Position numbers and translations under genes: made by a program | In this document: positions 39,590-49,763 of the stretch, piece after piece | Numbering within the stretch: position 1 is the first letter of the stretch | Layout of the letters: the number at the start of each line of letters is the position of its first letter | The notes under the pieces: model-generated | What the model was told of the DNA's origin: nothing | The model's input: the letters and a program-made list of their open reading frames with translations, nothing else | Database searches by the model: none | Virus record (IMG/VR): IMGVR_UViG_3300011008_002712 | Strand: one strand, 5' to 3' | Origin: a virus | Lineage: Duplodnaviria; Caudoviricetes | Length of the DNA: 64,000 nucleotides

Positions 39590-40243
39590 TCATAATCCAT
39601 GTTCCAATAATTCGAAAAAATTTTTTTCTATCGCCTTATATGTTTTTATGATCCTAATACACTGTGAATAAGTTTTCTCATTATATCTTTTTTGTTTGTT
39701 TAAGAACAAATTTAATCCAACATAATTATTATCTTCATCCATAGTCAGTGTTCTTACAGCATCAATCAAACATTGTGTTTTTGTATAGACATAAACAATT
39801 TCATTCTTATTAAAATTATCTAATACATTCCCAGTAAGTTTATCTATTCTAATTATATGATTTTCTTTTTTTACATCTTCTTCAAAGATATACGGAGAAA
39901 AAAAGTTTCTTGTTATTAATGTCTTATCAAACTGTATCAGAAGAGCAAGATTAACAAACAAATCAATAAAATGATTCCAATAAACAACATCTAATAGATT
40001 GTTATAATGATTTGCTATATCAATTTCTTCTATGGTCAACTTAGATGAATCCATGTCACAAGCTAAGAAATCATATATCATTACTGGAATAACATTAGAG
40101 CCATGCTTTTTAATATAAGCATGGAGATTTTTTTTGAATAAATTTTCTATGTATTTATCATGCCTATCTACATAATCATCTAACCATCTAATTCTAGGAC
40201 ATAATAAATTAATAACAGTTGATCTAATCTCTGAATACTTCAT
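39590..40243 (-). CDS. hypothetical protein with GL tail
   Basis: start MKYSEIR after GAGGT; ends FFELLEHGL. Confidence 0.65.
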   Translation of the reverse strand: MKYSEIRSTVINLLCPRIRWLDDYVDRHDKYIENLFKKNLHAYIKKHGSNVIPVMIYDFLACDMDSSKLTIEEIDIANHYNNLLDVVYWNHFIDLFVNLALLIQFDKTLITRNFFSPYIFEEDVKKENHIIRIDKLTGNVLDNFNKNEIVYVYTKTQCLIDAVRTLTMDEDNNYVGLNLFLNKQKRYNEKTYSQCIRIIKTYKAIEKNFFELLEHGL

Positions 40244-40505
40244 GTTCAAAACCTCAAAAAAACAACAAGGAAAACTGTAAAATAAATTATTATTGGCAGA
40301 AGTCGCTGAAATGCTAAAACGTCTCGATGCTATATGCATTAAGGCTTGATGACTATCGCTGAGCCGAAATGATTCCGATTTTGGTCATATTTCTTTCTTT
40401 AGTTTTTTAGCATTTCGTTAAGTTTCTTTGTATGCGAAAAGCATTTTAGCTATTTACATTTACAAAGAGTTTTGTTATAATAATTTCAGAAAGGAATGAT
40501 GTCGT

Positions 40506-40769
40506 ATGAAAAAAGTATTTTTAGTTTCAGCATGTATTATGTTATTTAGCGCAATGCTATATCCTCCATCTAATGAGATCAAACATACGGAGATATATGT
40601 TGTGAAGGAAGGTGACACACTCTGGAACATCGCTCAAGAGTTTTGCGAACACGATAATAGATATATTAACCAACTTATATATGACATCACTCAGGATAAT
40701 CCAGAGCTTAGTAAGAACCATGGACAAGTTTGGCCAGGACAAAAATTGGTCATCAACCTTAAAAAGTGA
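40506..40769 (+). CDS. LysM-domain membrane protein (YneA-like)
   Basis: N-terminal TM helix, YVVKEGDTLWNIA...PGQKLVI; promoter at 40449-40482. Confidence 0.85.
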   Translation: MKKVFLVSACIMLFSAMLYPPSNEIKHTEIYVVKEGDTLWNIAQEFCEHDNRYINQLIYDITQDNPELSKNHGQVWPGQKLVINLKK

Positions 40770-40775
40770 TTTTAA

Positions 40776-40799
40776 AGAGGAGACAAAAAAGTCTCCTCT
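40776..40799. terminator. bidirectional terminator hairpin
   Basis: AGAGGAGAC-AAAAAA-GTCTCCTCT between convergent genes. Confidence 0.7.
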
Positions 40800-40821
40800 A
40801 TTTATTTTTGAGAATCTTAGT

Positions 40822-41835
40822 TTAAGGCTTTGAAGAGTCAAACGTCTTAAATAAAATATCTTTGTCAGAGGTTTGTGTTGCTTTTTCAAACACAGCAAGA
40901 ATAGACATACCTATTTTCCAATTATTTTTTCTTATTTTTTTTCTGATATTAAAATACCATGAGTTTATGATCGTTCTAATTCTTTTTTCTATGTAATCAC
41001 ATATTTTTTCAGAATCTTTTTCTATTGGCAATTTTAATAACATTTTATTTTCATTATCATTTGCGAATTCATCTTCAACAAATTTGACGTTAACATGATG
41101 CATGTGGTCTTTGTATTTTTTAATTTTGCCTTGATTACGATAAATATAATCATGTACGTCTTTGTTGATGTTTATACATAAATTGACCTTTCCATTTTGC
41201 TTTATTCTACCAAAGAAATTGATATGTCCAAAACTAAAAGAAATGGTTTGAATATAATCATCATTAGCAAGTTTTGATATTGCCATAGCTCTTTTAAGAT
41301 TTTCTTGAGGTTTTTCAATCCATGTTATTGGTGTATTTTTGATCCAATCCGGCATGTTTTCCGTTCTTTTTTTTCTAGTATTAGCAGCTTTTACAGCAGA
41401 TGCATTTTTATTTTTTGTGACGTTTTCTTTGTGTTCTTTTCTCCATGCATTAATTGTGTCATTTGATATTTGCATGATCTCATATGAATCATAATAATCA
41501 ACATTAATTTCATATCCATAAGAAGAATCTTGCAATTTTAAAAAAATGATATGCAATTTATTTTCTTTTACAAAAATTTTTCGTTCTGAGTTTTTGATGT
41601 TCAAAATTTTGTTTACTAAAAATCCTGGAATTGCTAGTTCGTTTTTAAAATGAGAATAAAATTCTTTTACTTTGTCTTCCGTGTCAATAACATCTCTTAC
41701 TTTTTCGCATACTTCTTTTTTCTTCGGTCTTGGTTTTACGTTCATTTTAAATCCAATATAATCAGCTAGATCATCAACTTTTATTTTGCAAATTATTTTA
41801 TCAGTAAGATATTTTTGTGCTAATTCTGGATTCAT
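40822..41835 (-). CDS. hypothetical protein, distant paralogue of 41832..42680
   Basis: shared ENMP..IKN...I..(A/S)KL.N.D block. Confidence 0.7.
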   Translation of the reverse strand: MNPELAQKYLTDKIICKIKVDDLADYIGFKMNVKPRPKKKEVCEKVRDVIDTEDKVKEFYSHFKNELAIPGFLVNKILNIKNSERKIFVKENKLHIIFLKLQDSSYGYEINVDYYDSYEIMQISNDTINAWRKEHKENVTKNKNASAVKAANTRKKRTENMPDWIKNTPITWIEKPQENLKRAMAISKLANDDYIQTISFSFGHINFFGRIKQNGKVNLCININKDVHDYIYRNQGKIKKYKDHMHHVNVKFVEDEFANDNENKMLLKLPIEKDSEKICDYIEKRIRTIINSWYFNIRKKIRKNNWKIGMSILAVFEKATQTSDKDILFKTFDSSKP

Positions 41836-42680
41836 TCTTTATCTCCTTCGATTAAATATTGCATTCGTTCTCTGAATTTTTTCATCATTGGTGTTTCTGT
41901 ATGTTCTTTCCTTCCAAGATATAATTTATTCAGTCTTTCTTTTATTTGTTTTTCTATTTTTTTTACATTGACATTGTCTAAATTCAATTTAAAAGTATTG
42001 AAACATAATGTTTTATATATTGAATATTCAACGCCAAATTTTTCTTTCATATCAGCAAAAAATTTTAAATAACCTTGAGCATATACTTTGCCAAATAATT
42101 TTAATTTGCCAAATTGAAAGATTACATCATCTTGAGCTATATCACTATTTGATAATTTTGCAATTGCAACAAGACGTTTTATGTTTTTAGATATGGGTTG
42201 TATTTCTTTAAGTTTTATATTCTTTAAGAATTCTGGCATGTTTTCTTTTCTATATCTAAGAGTTTCTTTTGCTTTTATAGCAGCTTTTATTCCAGCCATT
42301 TTTCTTGTTTTATGACGATAAAAAATAATGTATTCATCAACTTTTGATCGCAGTTCTATTTTTTTATCATTTGTAATTTGTTTTAAATCGTATAAATTGA
42401 TAAGCATGCATTTATTTTCTTGATTAAGATAACTTGGAATTAAATGTAACATCATTGCAATGTCAATATCACATTTTGACATTTTAAGATACCATGCTGC
42501 CCAGCTAGAAGTTACTCCAAGCTCGTATTTAAAGTGATAATAAAAATCTTTTTCGTCTATGGAAAGATTTTTAATTTCATTTAATATGTCTTTTTTCTTT
42601 ATGTTAGTTAGATGAAAATAATCTAACAGATCTTTCTTTTTTATTCTATTTATTTCTATGTTAGAGATTAACATACTCAT
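41832..42680 (-). CDS. hypothetical protein
   Basis: 282-aa ORF, ATGA-coupled to the next gene. Confidence 0.7.
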   Translation of the reverse strand: MSMLISNIEINRIKKKDLLDYFHLTNIKKKDILNEIKNLSIDEKDFYYHFKYELGVTSSWAAWYLKMSKCDIDIAMMLHLIPSYLNQENKCMLINLYDLKQITNDKKIELRSKVDEYIIFYRHKTRKMAGIKAAIKAKETLRYRKENMPEFLKNIKLKEIQPISKNIKRLVAIAKLSNSDIAQDDVIFQFGKLKLFGKVYAQGYLKFFADMKEKFGVEYSIYKTLCFNTFKLNLDNVNVKKIEKQIKERLNKLYLGRKEHTETPMMKKFRERMQYLIEGDKE

Positions 42681-42742
42681 AAGAGGGGAATTTTTAGTTC
42701 CCCTCCTTTTTTTGCCTCCTTTTATATATCAATTGGTATTGA

Positions 42743-43192
42743 TTACAAAAAATCTGTTATCAATACTTCTCTACGAAGATAAGCTAAATCAGGACCGTCT
42801 CCGTCAATCTCAAAAACTTTTTCAAATTCCGAATTATCTGCATCAACAATAAAATCCAAAGTATGTCCTGCTTGAGAATTAGCGCATATAAACTTGAGCA
42901 GTTTTCTTAGTTGATGATCACAATCTGAACCGGAAATTTCATAGAGAACAGAATCATCAAACTTGAATAATTTCTTTAGATCAAAAGTTTCGATTTTTTT
43001 TGATTCTCTTGACAAAATTTTTAAAGATGAAATATGACAATTTTCGTCTCCAAAAATGTAGATAATATCATAACCATCATCAACGTCTATAGGAAAACTA
43101 TGACCATTATTTGATAATTCGCGAACATAATCCAAAAGAGTAAAAATTCGTTTCTCAGGATCTCGAACAACTTCCAAATAAAATGTATTCAT
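42743..43192 (-). CDS. hypothetical protein with internal duplication
   Basis: two L..L.....GH.....VD.D repeats. Confidence 0.65.
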   Translation of the reverse strand: MNTFYLEVVRDPEKRIFTLLDYVRELSNNGHSFPIDVDDGYDIIYIFGDENCHISSLKILSRESKKIETFDLKKLFKFDDSVLYEISGSDCDHQLRKLLKFICANSQAGHTLDFIVDADNSEFEKVFEIDGDGPDLAYLRREVLITDFL

Positions 43193-43203
43193 AAATTCTC
43201 CTT

Positions 43204-43494
43204 TTAGATATACATATCGAACATGTCAATCACAAATCTTTTATCGCCACGTTTAACATCAAGAATTTTGATAATGTCACTATCTTTTTCTATTTGTGTA
43301 AAGATAGTGATATCGTTTTCTCGGTCATAGATATTGTCATACGTATCAGACTCACATTCATCAAGAAATTCCTGGAATTTTTCATCTCGAGAATGTTCTA
43401 ATACAATATCTTCTACATCATATGGGGATAGATATTTGAATCTATTAATGCTTTTAGCAGCTTTGTCTTCAAGTTTTGTATGCAATGCTATCAT
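43204..43494 (-). CDS. hypothetical protein
   Basis: 96-aa ORF, ATGA overlap. Confidence 0.6.
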   Translation of the reverse strand: MIALHTKLEDKAAKSINRFKYLSPYDVEDIVLEHSRDEKFQEFLDECESDTYDNIYDRENDITIFTQIEKDSDIIKILDVKRGDKRFVIDMFDMYI

Positions 43495-43805
43495 TCCTTT
43501 ATTGTAAGAGAAACATCATAATATCCATTCTTGTTTTTCTTGTAGATTCTTCCAATTCGGTTGACTCTTGCATATTTTATTGTTGATAACAAAAGTGAAG
43601 TAATTTCGTCTTCTTCCATTCCCTGGCGACGAAGGAGACGTGTCATATATTGCTTTGCCTCTTTTTCGTTTGTCAATGTTCTATCATCATACGCAAATTC
43701 GCCAAGAGATGACTTCCATTTGTGGCTCACAATATATTTCATACGATGCTTAGCAAAAGACTTAACATTTTTGAATTCTTTGAGTTGTTTCTTCCAATCT
43801 GTCAT
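43491..43805 (-). CDS. hypothetical protein
   Basis: 104-aa ORF, ATGA overlap. Confidence 0.65.
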   Translation of the reverse strand: MTDWKKQLKEFKNVKSFAKHRMKYIVSHKWKSSLGEFAYDDRTLTNEKEAKQYMTRLLRRQGMEEDEITSLLLSTIKYARVNRIGRIYKKNKNGYYDVSLTIKE

Positions 43806-44275
43806 TTTGCATCCTCCATGTTTTTGAATTTTTTATCCAATTTCTTTAAAATATGATTATGCATTGATTTTAATGAAACTTCATTCAATTTTAAATTAAA
43901 GTCTTTCATAGTTTTTTCCAAGTCAGCGGTTACAAAATTGGCCGTTGCATCTTCAATGCATTTGCGCATGAATTTAATGTGTCTATTTGCATAATTTTTC
44001 ATAGCGCTGTAAACATACTTTTGTCTCTGTCCAAATTTGTATTTGTGTTTGGAACGTCTAGCAATATCATAAATTTCATCATCACTAAGATGAGACAAGA
44101 AATACATGCCATTGTCCTTTAGAGGATAATCGTCCATTAGAATTTCCAACTGTATTCTAAATGGATTAATTGGCATATCATAAGAATGATAAAATACGTT
44201 ATTCTTATATACAACAAATTTATCTTTTACAATATTACATGTGAATTGCTGTTTTCCAACATTGACTATGTCCAT
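43802..44275 (-). CDS. hypothetical protein
   Basis: 157-aa ORF. Confidence 0.65.
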   Translation of the reverse strand: MDIVNVGKQQFTCNIVKDKFVVYKNNVFYHSYDMPINPFRIQLEILMDDYPLKDNGMYFLSHLSDDEIYDIARRSKHKYKFGQRQKYVYSAMKNYANRHIKFMRKCIEDATANFVTADLEKTMKDFNLKLNEVSLKSMHNHILKKLDKKFKNMEDAK

Positions 44276-44339
44276 TTAAAAAGTTACATCCTTTCGTTTT
44301 GGCGTTTCCTACGGTTGCATGCTTCTCTTTTGAGCTTTT

Positions 44340-44534
44340 TTAGCTGGGATACCATGGATTTACTCTCATCCAGTCCTGCATATGGCAACGTCTCAATGAG
44401 ATAATGAGATATTGAATTTCGTTGAGTGCCTCATCTTCCGTCAAATCACGTCCCAACCCCTCAGCACGTGCAACGAATCGAGAATGAGCATCTGTTTCAA
44501 GACATTTTTGAAAAAGTGTTTTTCTCTTTCTCAT
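44340..44534 (-). CDS. small hypothetical protein (3' end possibly frameshifted)
   Basis: AAGGAG SD; a one-base shift near 44345 would extend it to about 44285. Confidence 0.45.
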   Translation of the reverse strand: MRKRKTLFQKCLETDAHSRFVARAEGLGRDLTEDEALNEIQYLIISLRRCHMQDWMRVNPWYPS

Positions 44535-44563
44535 GATAGTTACTCCTTATCTTTTGACTATGT

Positions 44564-44815
44564 TCAAAAGTATATTGTTTCGCTAAGGTCTAATTTATCT
44601 TCGATCTTGTCATATATTTCGCGTCTTGTGATATCTATTTCTGTTTCTATACCACTCTCAGATAAACAAAAATTTATTTTTTTTATGACATTGAAAGTAA
44701 TTTCATATACTGCTTTATCTTCCAATCTGATCCCACGAGGTTCTAATTCTCCAACTATGTCCTGAGTAATTTCTATGGATTTATCCAAAATCTTTGACAA
44801 TTTCAATTTTATCAC
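44564..44815 (-). CDS. hypothetical protein
   Basis: 83-aa ORF behind a CTATTTACA promoter. Confidence 0.55.
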   Translation of the reverse strand: MIKLKLSKILDKSIEITQDIVGELEPRGIRLEDKAVYEITFNVIKKINFCLSESGIETEIDITRREIYDKIEDKLDLSETIYF

Positions 44816-44858
44816 CTCCTATTTATTTTATCACAATTCTCAGAAAATGTAAATAGTT

Positions 44859-46895
44859 TTATTGAAGTGCATTACCAAAATGTGATTTCATTATACTTTC
44901 ATATTCTTTTGAGTCTTCAGAAAAACATACTGTAGTATCTTGCTGTATGGGATTTTCATCTACTAATTGTTGTTCAATGTTTTGAGTTGTTTCTTTTTGT
45001 AAACCAATAGTCTGATAAGTAATAACATCATTTGGAATCTCATCTATAAATCTGCTGTGTACTTGTTTGTTGCAGTTTTCATCATATAGATAACTAGAAA
45101 TAGACAAGTTTTTCATAGCTCTAGTAATAGCTACATAAAATAACCTTCTTTCTTCTTCTAACAAGCTTGTATTATATACATCTAACATTGCTTTTGCTTG
45201 TCTTGACGGAAGAAATTGGTCTACAGCTGCAGCTAAAAAAACTGTAGGGAATTCTAATCCCTTAGATTTATGTATAGTCATAATTTTTACTTGATTATTG
45301 TCATCAACATTAGAATTTTTCATGTAATAAAAATACGATATAAAGTCTTTCATGTCATGACCTTCATCTGAAAAACTTTTTGCTATATTTTTTAGCTCTT
45401 CTATATTCCCAAATTTTTCATTTCTTATATCAATGTCATCAACAGATTGAATATGAGATTTGTAATTCAAATCATCCATAATAGCTTCTATATATTTGTC
45501 TGTGCTAAAAGATTGATTTTTCAGATTCAATAAATCTTTATAGAAATTTTTTATTGCGTTAATTTGCTGTGGTTTGAATCCAATAGATACTTTATCGAAA
45601 TGATTTGTCAATACATCAAAAACATTAGTTTTCTTAAGATTGCAATAATTTATGATAGATGTTTTTGTAGCTTTAGAAATAAATCTTGACGGTTTATTGA
45701 TAATACGGGAAAAATCGTCTACAGAACCGCTGTGAAGCAATTCTAAATATGATATGATGTCTAAAATTTCTTCTCGTTCAAAAAATGATTTATCTCCATA
45801 TACTGTAAATGGTATATTATTTTCTCTAAATGCTCTTTCGAATGGGGCAGACATAAAATTATTTCTAATAATAACTGCTATGTCATTATAATTTTGCCCT
45901 TTGATTTGTTCGGCTATATATTTTGCTTCTATCAATTTGTTCTTGCAATCGACAACATTTATTTTATTTTTGTCTATATGAGTTGCAATTAATTTTTTGT
46001 CAAAACGATTTACATTGTTCGATATAACAGAATTTGCTGCTTTTATGATATTAGGATTAGAACGATAATTATTCTCTAATTTAAAAATCTGAGCTTCTGG
46101 AAATGTATCTTTAAAAGAAAGAATGATTCCCATATCGGCTCCTCTAAATCCATAAATAGACTGATCATTGTCACCGACAACATATAGATTTCTAGATGTT
46201 TTTGTCAAAGTTGAAATGATATCGAACTGCAAAGGAGATGTATCTTGATATTCATCAACAAGAACATACTCAAATTTATTTTGATATTTTGTTACTATTG
46301 CTTGGTTTTGTTCAAATAGTGACGCAACATAAAAAAGCATATCGTCAAAAGATAAAACATTTTCTGTCATATATATGTTTTGAATAGAACGATATAATTC
46401 TCTGAATAATGGCATGTGTTTTGCTTGATCAGGAAAATGTTTCAACGTTTTTTCTTTTCTAAGATAATCAAAAAAATCGTCCTTTTGATACTGAAAACGT
46501 TTTTGGTCAATATTCATTTGTTTTAGTGCTTTATTCAAAATAATTTTTGACTGATAACTGTCTGCGATTTTGAAATCATTACGTAGCCATGGTAATGAAT
46601 CTATTTCTTTATATAAAATTTTCAAACAAAATGCATGTATTGTTGTTATGCATGGATGACTGTTTTTGATATCTATCATCTTAACGATTCTTTTTTGCAT
46701 TTCTTGCGCCGCTTTTTTTGTGAATGTAACAGCAAGAATCTTATTGGGTTCTATATTCATATTTTCTATAAGATATGCTATTCTATTTGTTAATACTCTT
46801 GTTTTGCCAGTGCCAGCTCCAGCAAGCACGCATACTGGACCAGGAGAAGCTGTTACTGCTAATTGTTGCTCATTATTCAGATGTCCTAATTTCAT
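44859..46895 (-). CDS. pcrA: UvrD/PcrA/Rep superfamily 1 helicase
   Basis: AGAGTGKT, VDEYQDTS, VGDNDQSIYGFRGA, NYRS, MTIHKSKGLEF, EERRLFYVAITRA. Confidence 0.93.
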   Translation of the reverse strand: MKLGHLNNEQQLAVTASPGPVCVLAGAGTGKTRVLTNRIAYLIENMNIEPNKILAVTFTKKAAQEMQKRIVKMIDIKNSHPCITTIHAFCLKILYKEIDSLPWLRNDFKIADSYQSKIILNKALKQMNIDQKRFQYQKDDFFDYLRKEKTLKHFPDQAKHMPLFRELYRSIQNIYMTENVLSFDDMLFYVASLFEQNQAIVTKYQNKFEYVLVDEYQDTSPLQFDIISTLTKTSRNLYVVGDNDQSIYGFRGADMGIILSFKDTFPEAQIFKLENNYRSNPNIIKAANSVISNNVNRFDKKLIATHIDKNKINVVDCKNKLIEAKYIAEQIKGQNYNDIAVIIRNNFMSAPFERAFRENNIPFTVYGDKSFFEREEILDIISYLELLHSGSVDDFSRIINKPSRFISKATKTSIINYCNLKKTNVFDVLTNHFDKVSIGFKPQQINAIKNFYKDLLNLKNQSFSTDKYIEAIMDDLNYKSHIQSVDDIDIRNEKFGNIEELKNIAKSFSDEGHDMKDFISYFYYMKNSNVDDNNQVKIMTIHKSKGLEFPTVFLAAAVDQFLPSRQAKAMLDVYNTSLLEEERRLFYVAITRAMKNLSISSYLYDENCNKQVHSRFIDEIPNDVITYQTIGLQKETTQNIEQQLVDENPIQQDTTVCFSEDSKEYESIMKSHFGNALQ

Positions 46896-47017
46896 AAAAT
46901 TACTCCTTGCGAAAATAAAAATTTTATGTTTATTTATTTTAATAAAGTTACTAAGATAAAATAACAACTATGTTCAAAAAAGCATTGACATTGTTGAAAA
47001 CTAAGAGGTGAAATATA

Positions 47018-47251
47018 TTGGACAGAGATTTACCTAAAATGGGCGAGAAATGGAGGCATTTTGAAAACAAAAATAATAAAATCATTACAATAGCTACTCA
47101 TACGGAAACAAAAGAAAGATTTGTAATTTATCAAGCTTTATATGATAATATGCAGATTTTTGCAACACCATTAAAGATATTTATGAGCGAAGTTGATCAT
47201 GACAAACATCCTAATGCTGAGCAAAAATTTAGGTTTGAAAAAATCAATTAA
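47018..47251 (+). CDS. DUF1653 domain protein
   Basis: WRHF...ATHTET.E..VIYQALY...MFMSEVD..K.P...Q.FRF-like pattern. Confidence 0.8.
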   Translation: MDRDLPKMGEKWRHFENKNNKIITIATHTETKERFVIYQALYDNMQIFATPLKIFMSEVDHDKHPNAEQKFRFEKIN

Positions 47252-47264
47252 GGAGTTGCTTACA

Positions 47265-47465
47265 ATGTCGTTTGATAAAAATATGGGAAAAGATTGGCGC
47301 AAACAATTTACTGGACCGAAAGCTTTTGATCCAGCGTGCAGAAATCATGGTGCATGCAGTTACTGCTCATCCAATAGAACCTGGTTTGATACAAAATATA
47401 GACAAGCGGCTGAACAAGCAATAGAAGATTATTACAATGATGATTATTACGATGATCATGAGTAA
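47265..47465 (+). CDS. small conserved phage protein
   Basis: CRNHGACSYCSSNR motif; AAGGAG SD. Confidence 0.65.
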   Translation: MSFDKNMGKDWRKQFTGPKAFDPACRNHGACSYCSSNRTWFDTKYRQAAEQAIEDYYNDDYYDDHE

Positions 47466-47492
47466 TCACTGGGGAGCAAAATGCTCCCATTT

Positions 47493-47771
47493 TTACATTC
47501 CATAAAATAAAATTTCTAATTCAACAAAATCTTGAATGATGTGATGTTTGTTTTTAGGATAGAATCCAAATTTATCACTAAACAAAATAACTACGCGTTC
47601 CTTGTCATTAATTAAAATAAATATCATGTTTGCACCAATGTATGGTAAAACAACGGGGTCATATTTAAATTCTTGAACGCTATAACCACGCATTTCGTAT
47701 GATAAGATTTTTTGTTTAACACAAATAACAAATTTATCAAAATAATCTTTATGATTCATGTCATAGCCCAC
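47493..47771 (-). CDS. hypothetical protein with GM tail
   Basis: ends DFVELEILFYGM. Confidence 0.55.
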   Translation of the reverse strand: MGYDMNHKDYFDKFVICVKQKILSYEMRGYSVQEFKYDPVVLPYIGANMIFILINDKERVVILFSDKFGFYPKNKHHIIQDFVELEILFYGM

Positions 47772-48012
47772 TGTATAAAACCAAAAAAGTTTTAAATCGA
47801 TTGATTAAATCAAAACTATCTTGTGAAAGCATTTCTTTCTTTATATTTGAGTGCAATTCGTATATCTCATAATCAAGTCTTACTTTGTTTCTATGAATTA
47901 GATCCTTGAAATAAAGAGATGCTGTTGGATTTGAATCTTCATTACTCATACGAGATCTGAAATAAGTTATTTTTACATTTTTGCTGTGAAAATTTTTTAA
48001 TTGATTATTCAT
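47761..48012 (-). CDS. hypothetical protein with GL tail
   Basis: ends FKTFLVLYSGL. Confidence 0.6.
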   Translation of the reverse strand: MNNQLKNFHSKNVKITYFRSRMSNEDSNPTASLYFKDLIHRNKVRLDYEIYELHSNIKKEMLSQDSFDLINRFKTFLVLYSGL

Positions 48013-48029
48013 TTGTTATACTCCATTTT

Positions 48030-48300
48030 TTATAATCCTTGCAACAAAATAAGAAAATGGTTAAATTTAGCGCATAAACAATCGCAAACAGAATCAACAT
48101 GTTCGTTGTATGTTATCTTATATGCAAATCCATTTTTTTCATCATAACAAAAAGTCATGAAAGAGCATGAGTCGTTTCTACATATAATTTCAAAAGAATC
48201 TTTATGTATAAAAAAATCGAGAATCGAATAATCGTTTTTTTATTAAATAATTTCTAACGTATAATAATGTTTTTGCTGTTCCTCTCATTAAAAATTTCAT
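48030..48300 (-). pseudogene. frameshifted tandem duplicate of 48305..48607
   Basis: near-identical DNA with an extra base in the homopolymer at about 48240; ends NHFLILLQGL. Confidence 0.7.
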
Positions 48301-48304
48301 AATC

Positions 48305-48607
48305 TTATAATCCTTGCAACAAAATAAGAAAATGGTTAAGTCTAGCGCATAAGCAATCACAAACGGAATCAACATGCCCGTTATATGTTATCTTATATGT
48401 AAATCTATTTTTTTCATCATAGCAAAAAGTCATATAAGGATACGTATCATTTCTACATATAATTTCAAAAGAATCTTTATGTATTAAAGAATCAAGAATC
48501 GTAGAATCTTTATGTATAAAAAAATCAAGAATTGTATAATCGTTTTTTATCAAAAAATTTCTAACATATAATGATGTTTTCGTTGTTCCTCTCATTAAAA
48601 ATTTCAT
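48305..48607 (-). CDS. hypothetical protein with GL tail
   Basis: internal ILD..IHKDS duplication; ends NHFLILLQGL. Confidence 0.65.
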   Translation of the reverse strand: MKFLMRGTTKTSLYVRNFLIKNDYTILDFFIHKDSTILDSLIHKDSFEIICRNDTYPYMTFCYDEKNRFTYKITYNGHVDSVCDCLCARLNHFLILLQGL

Positions 48608-48611
48608 AATC

Positions 48612-49253
48612 TTATAATCCTTCTGTTTTTATCAGAAAATCATTACAATTAATTTTAAAAAAATCTTTTAAAATTTTTTCCATCTTTTTGTTTCCGTATT
48701 TCCCATCTTCCTTGAACCACCACGCAGAAGCTGGATGCACCAAACAATATACATTAAATGCATTTCGTCGCGCATATGTTGCATAAGTCATATAAGATTG
48801 ATAAGCTTTTTTAGATAAGAAAAACACAAGATTAGGCCATATTGCCAACAGTATTGTCAATAAGTTTTCTGCAGCAAAAATGTCTTCTCTGCTATCACGA
48901 AAAATAGTCTTGAAGCTTCCTTTTTGTAAGTTTGGTCTTTGAAAATAATTATAGAATGACGTATACGTAAAAGCTTCTCTATAAGGTATGCCAAAGACAC
49001 TGCCCAAGCATTGAGCTGGGAAACGATAAATTGCATATAATTTTGATGTCTTTTTATTCAAAAATTGATTAACTTGATATGTTGTATTGAATTGATTAGA
49101 AATATGTTCTGGGAATTGTATATGACATGTCGGATCATACCAATCTTTGAATAATTTTTCATCTAAATTCTTATCGATATAATGGCTTTCACCAATTAAA
49201 AGAATTTTAAATTTATCATAATTTTCTCCTATATACGGCTGGATTCTTATCAT
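48612..49253 (-). CDS. uracil-DNA glycosylase-like protein with GL tail
   Basis: PYIGENY, ILLIGESHY, FYNYFQRP and VHPAS motifs of the UDG superfamily. Confidence 0.65.
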   Translation of the reverse strand: MIRIQPYIGENYDKFKILLIGESHYIDKNLDEKLFKDWYDPTCHIQFPEHISNQFNTTYQVNQFLNKKTSKLYAIYRFPAQCLGSVFGIPYREAFTYTSFYNYFQRPNLQKGSFKTIFRDSREDIFAAENLLTILLAIWPNLVFFLSKKAYQSYMTYATYARRNAFNVYCLVHPASAWWFKEDGKYGNKKMEKILKDFFKINCNDFLIKTEGL

Positions 49254-49603
49254 TTTTCATCCTTTGATAAATCTGTATGAAGATCAAAGTCTATATATTT
49301 AGGAAAACATTTGACAAAATCTATTAATGCTAATGCTTTAGATACATCCATTGGATCTGAGTTGTAGTTCTTGAAATTATTTTCATATCTTGTCATGCAT
49401 TCAGAAATTTTCTCATTCAACTCTTGATGTTCTTTATAATAGCTAATAGATTCTTGTATAGACTTTTCTCCTTCATTGTCTATAAAAGACATGATATTCG
49501 TATAATCGTTATTCAAAACATCTGGTTTAGTAACATCCATTCTTATTTTCAATAACTTAATATTGTGTCTCATTGTTTTCCAAAGATTTTCTATTTTATC
49601 CAT
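49250..49603 (-). CDS. hypothetical protein
   Basis: 117-aa ORF, AAGGAG SD. Confidence 0.65.
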   Translation of the reverse strand: MDKIENLWKTMRHNIKLLKIRMDVTKPDVLNNDYTNIMSFIDNEGEKSIQESISYYKEHQELNEKISECMTRYENNFKNYNSDPMDVSKALALIDFVKCFPKYIDFDLHTDLSKDEK

Positions 49604-49621
49604 TCAAACATCTCCTTCATA

Positions 49622-49712
49622 ATATTATTTTACAATAAAAAAAGAAATAAGTACATAGTAAGTTACATTTTTGTTTTTCGCTATGTACTTTTTTAGTAAT
49701 TTATTTTAGAAT
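49622..49712. promoter_or_regulatory. back-to-back divergent promoters with a CTATGTACT variant -35 region
   Basis: CTATGTACTT...TA(A/G)AAT on both strands at the transcription divergence point. Confidence 0.5.
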
Positions 49713-49763
49713 AAAAAAAAGAATAAAGATCGTGAAATATATTTGTATAACAAATATGATTGA

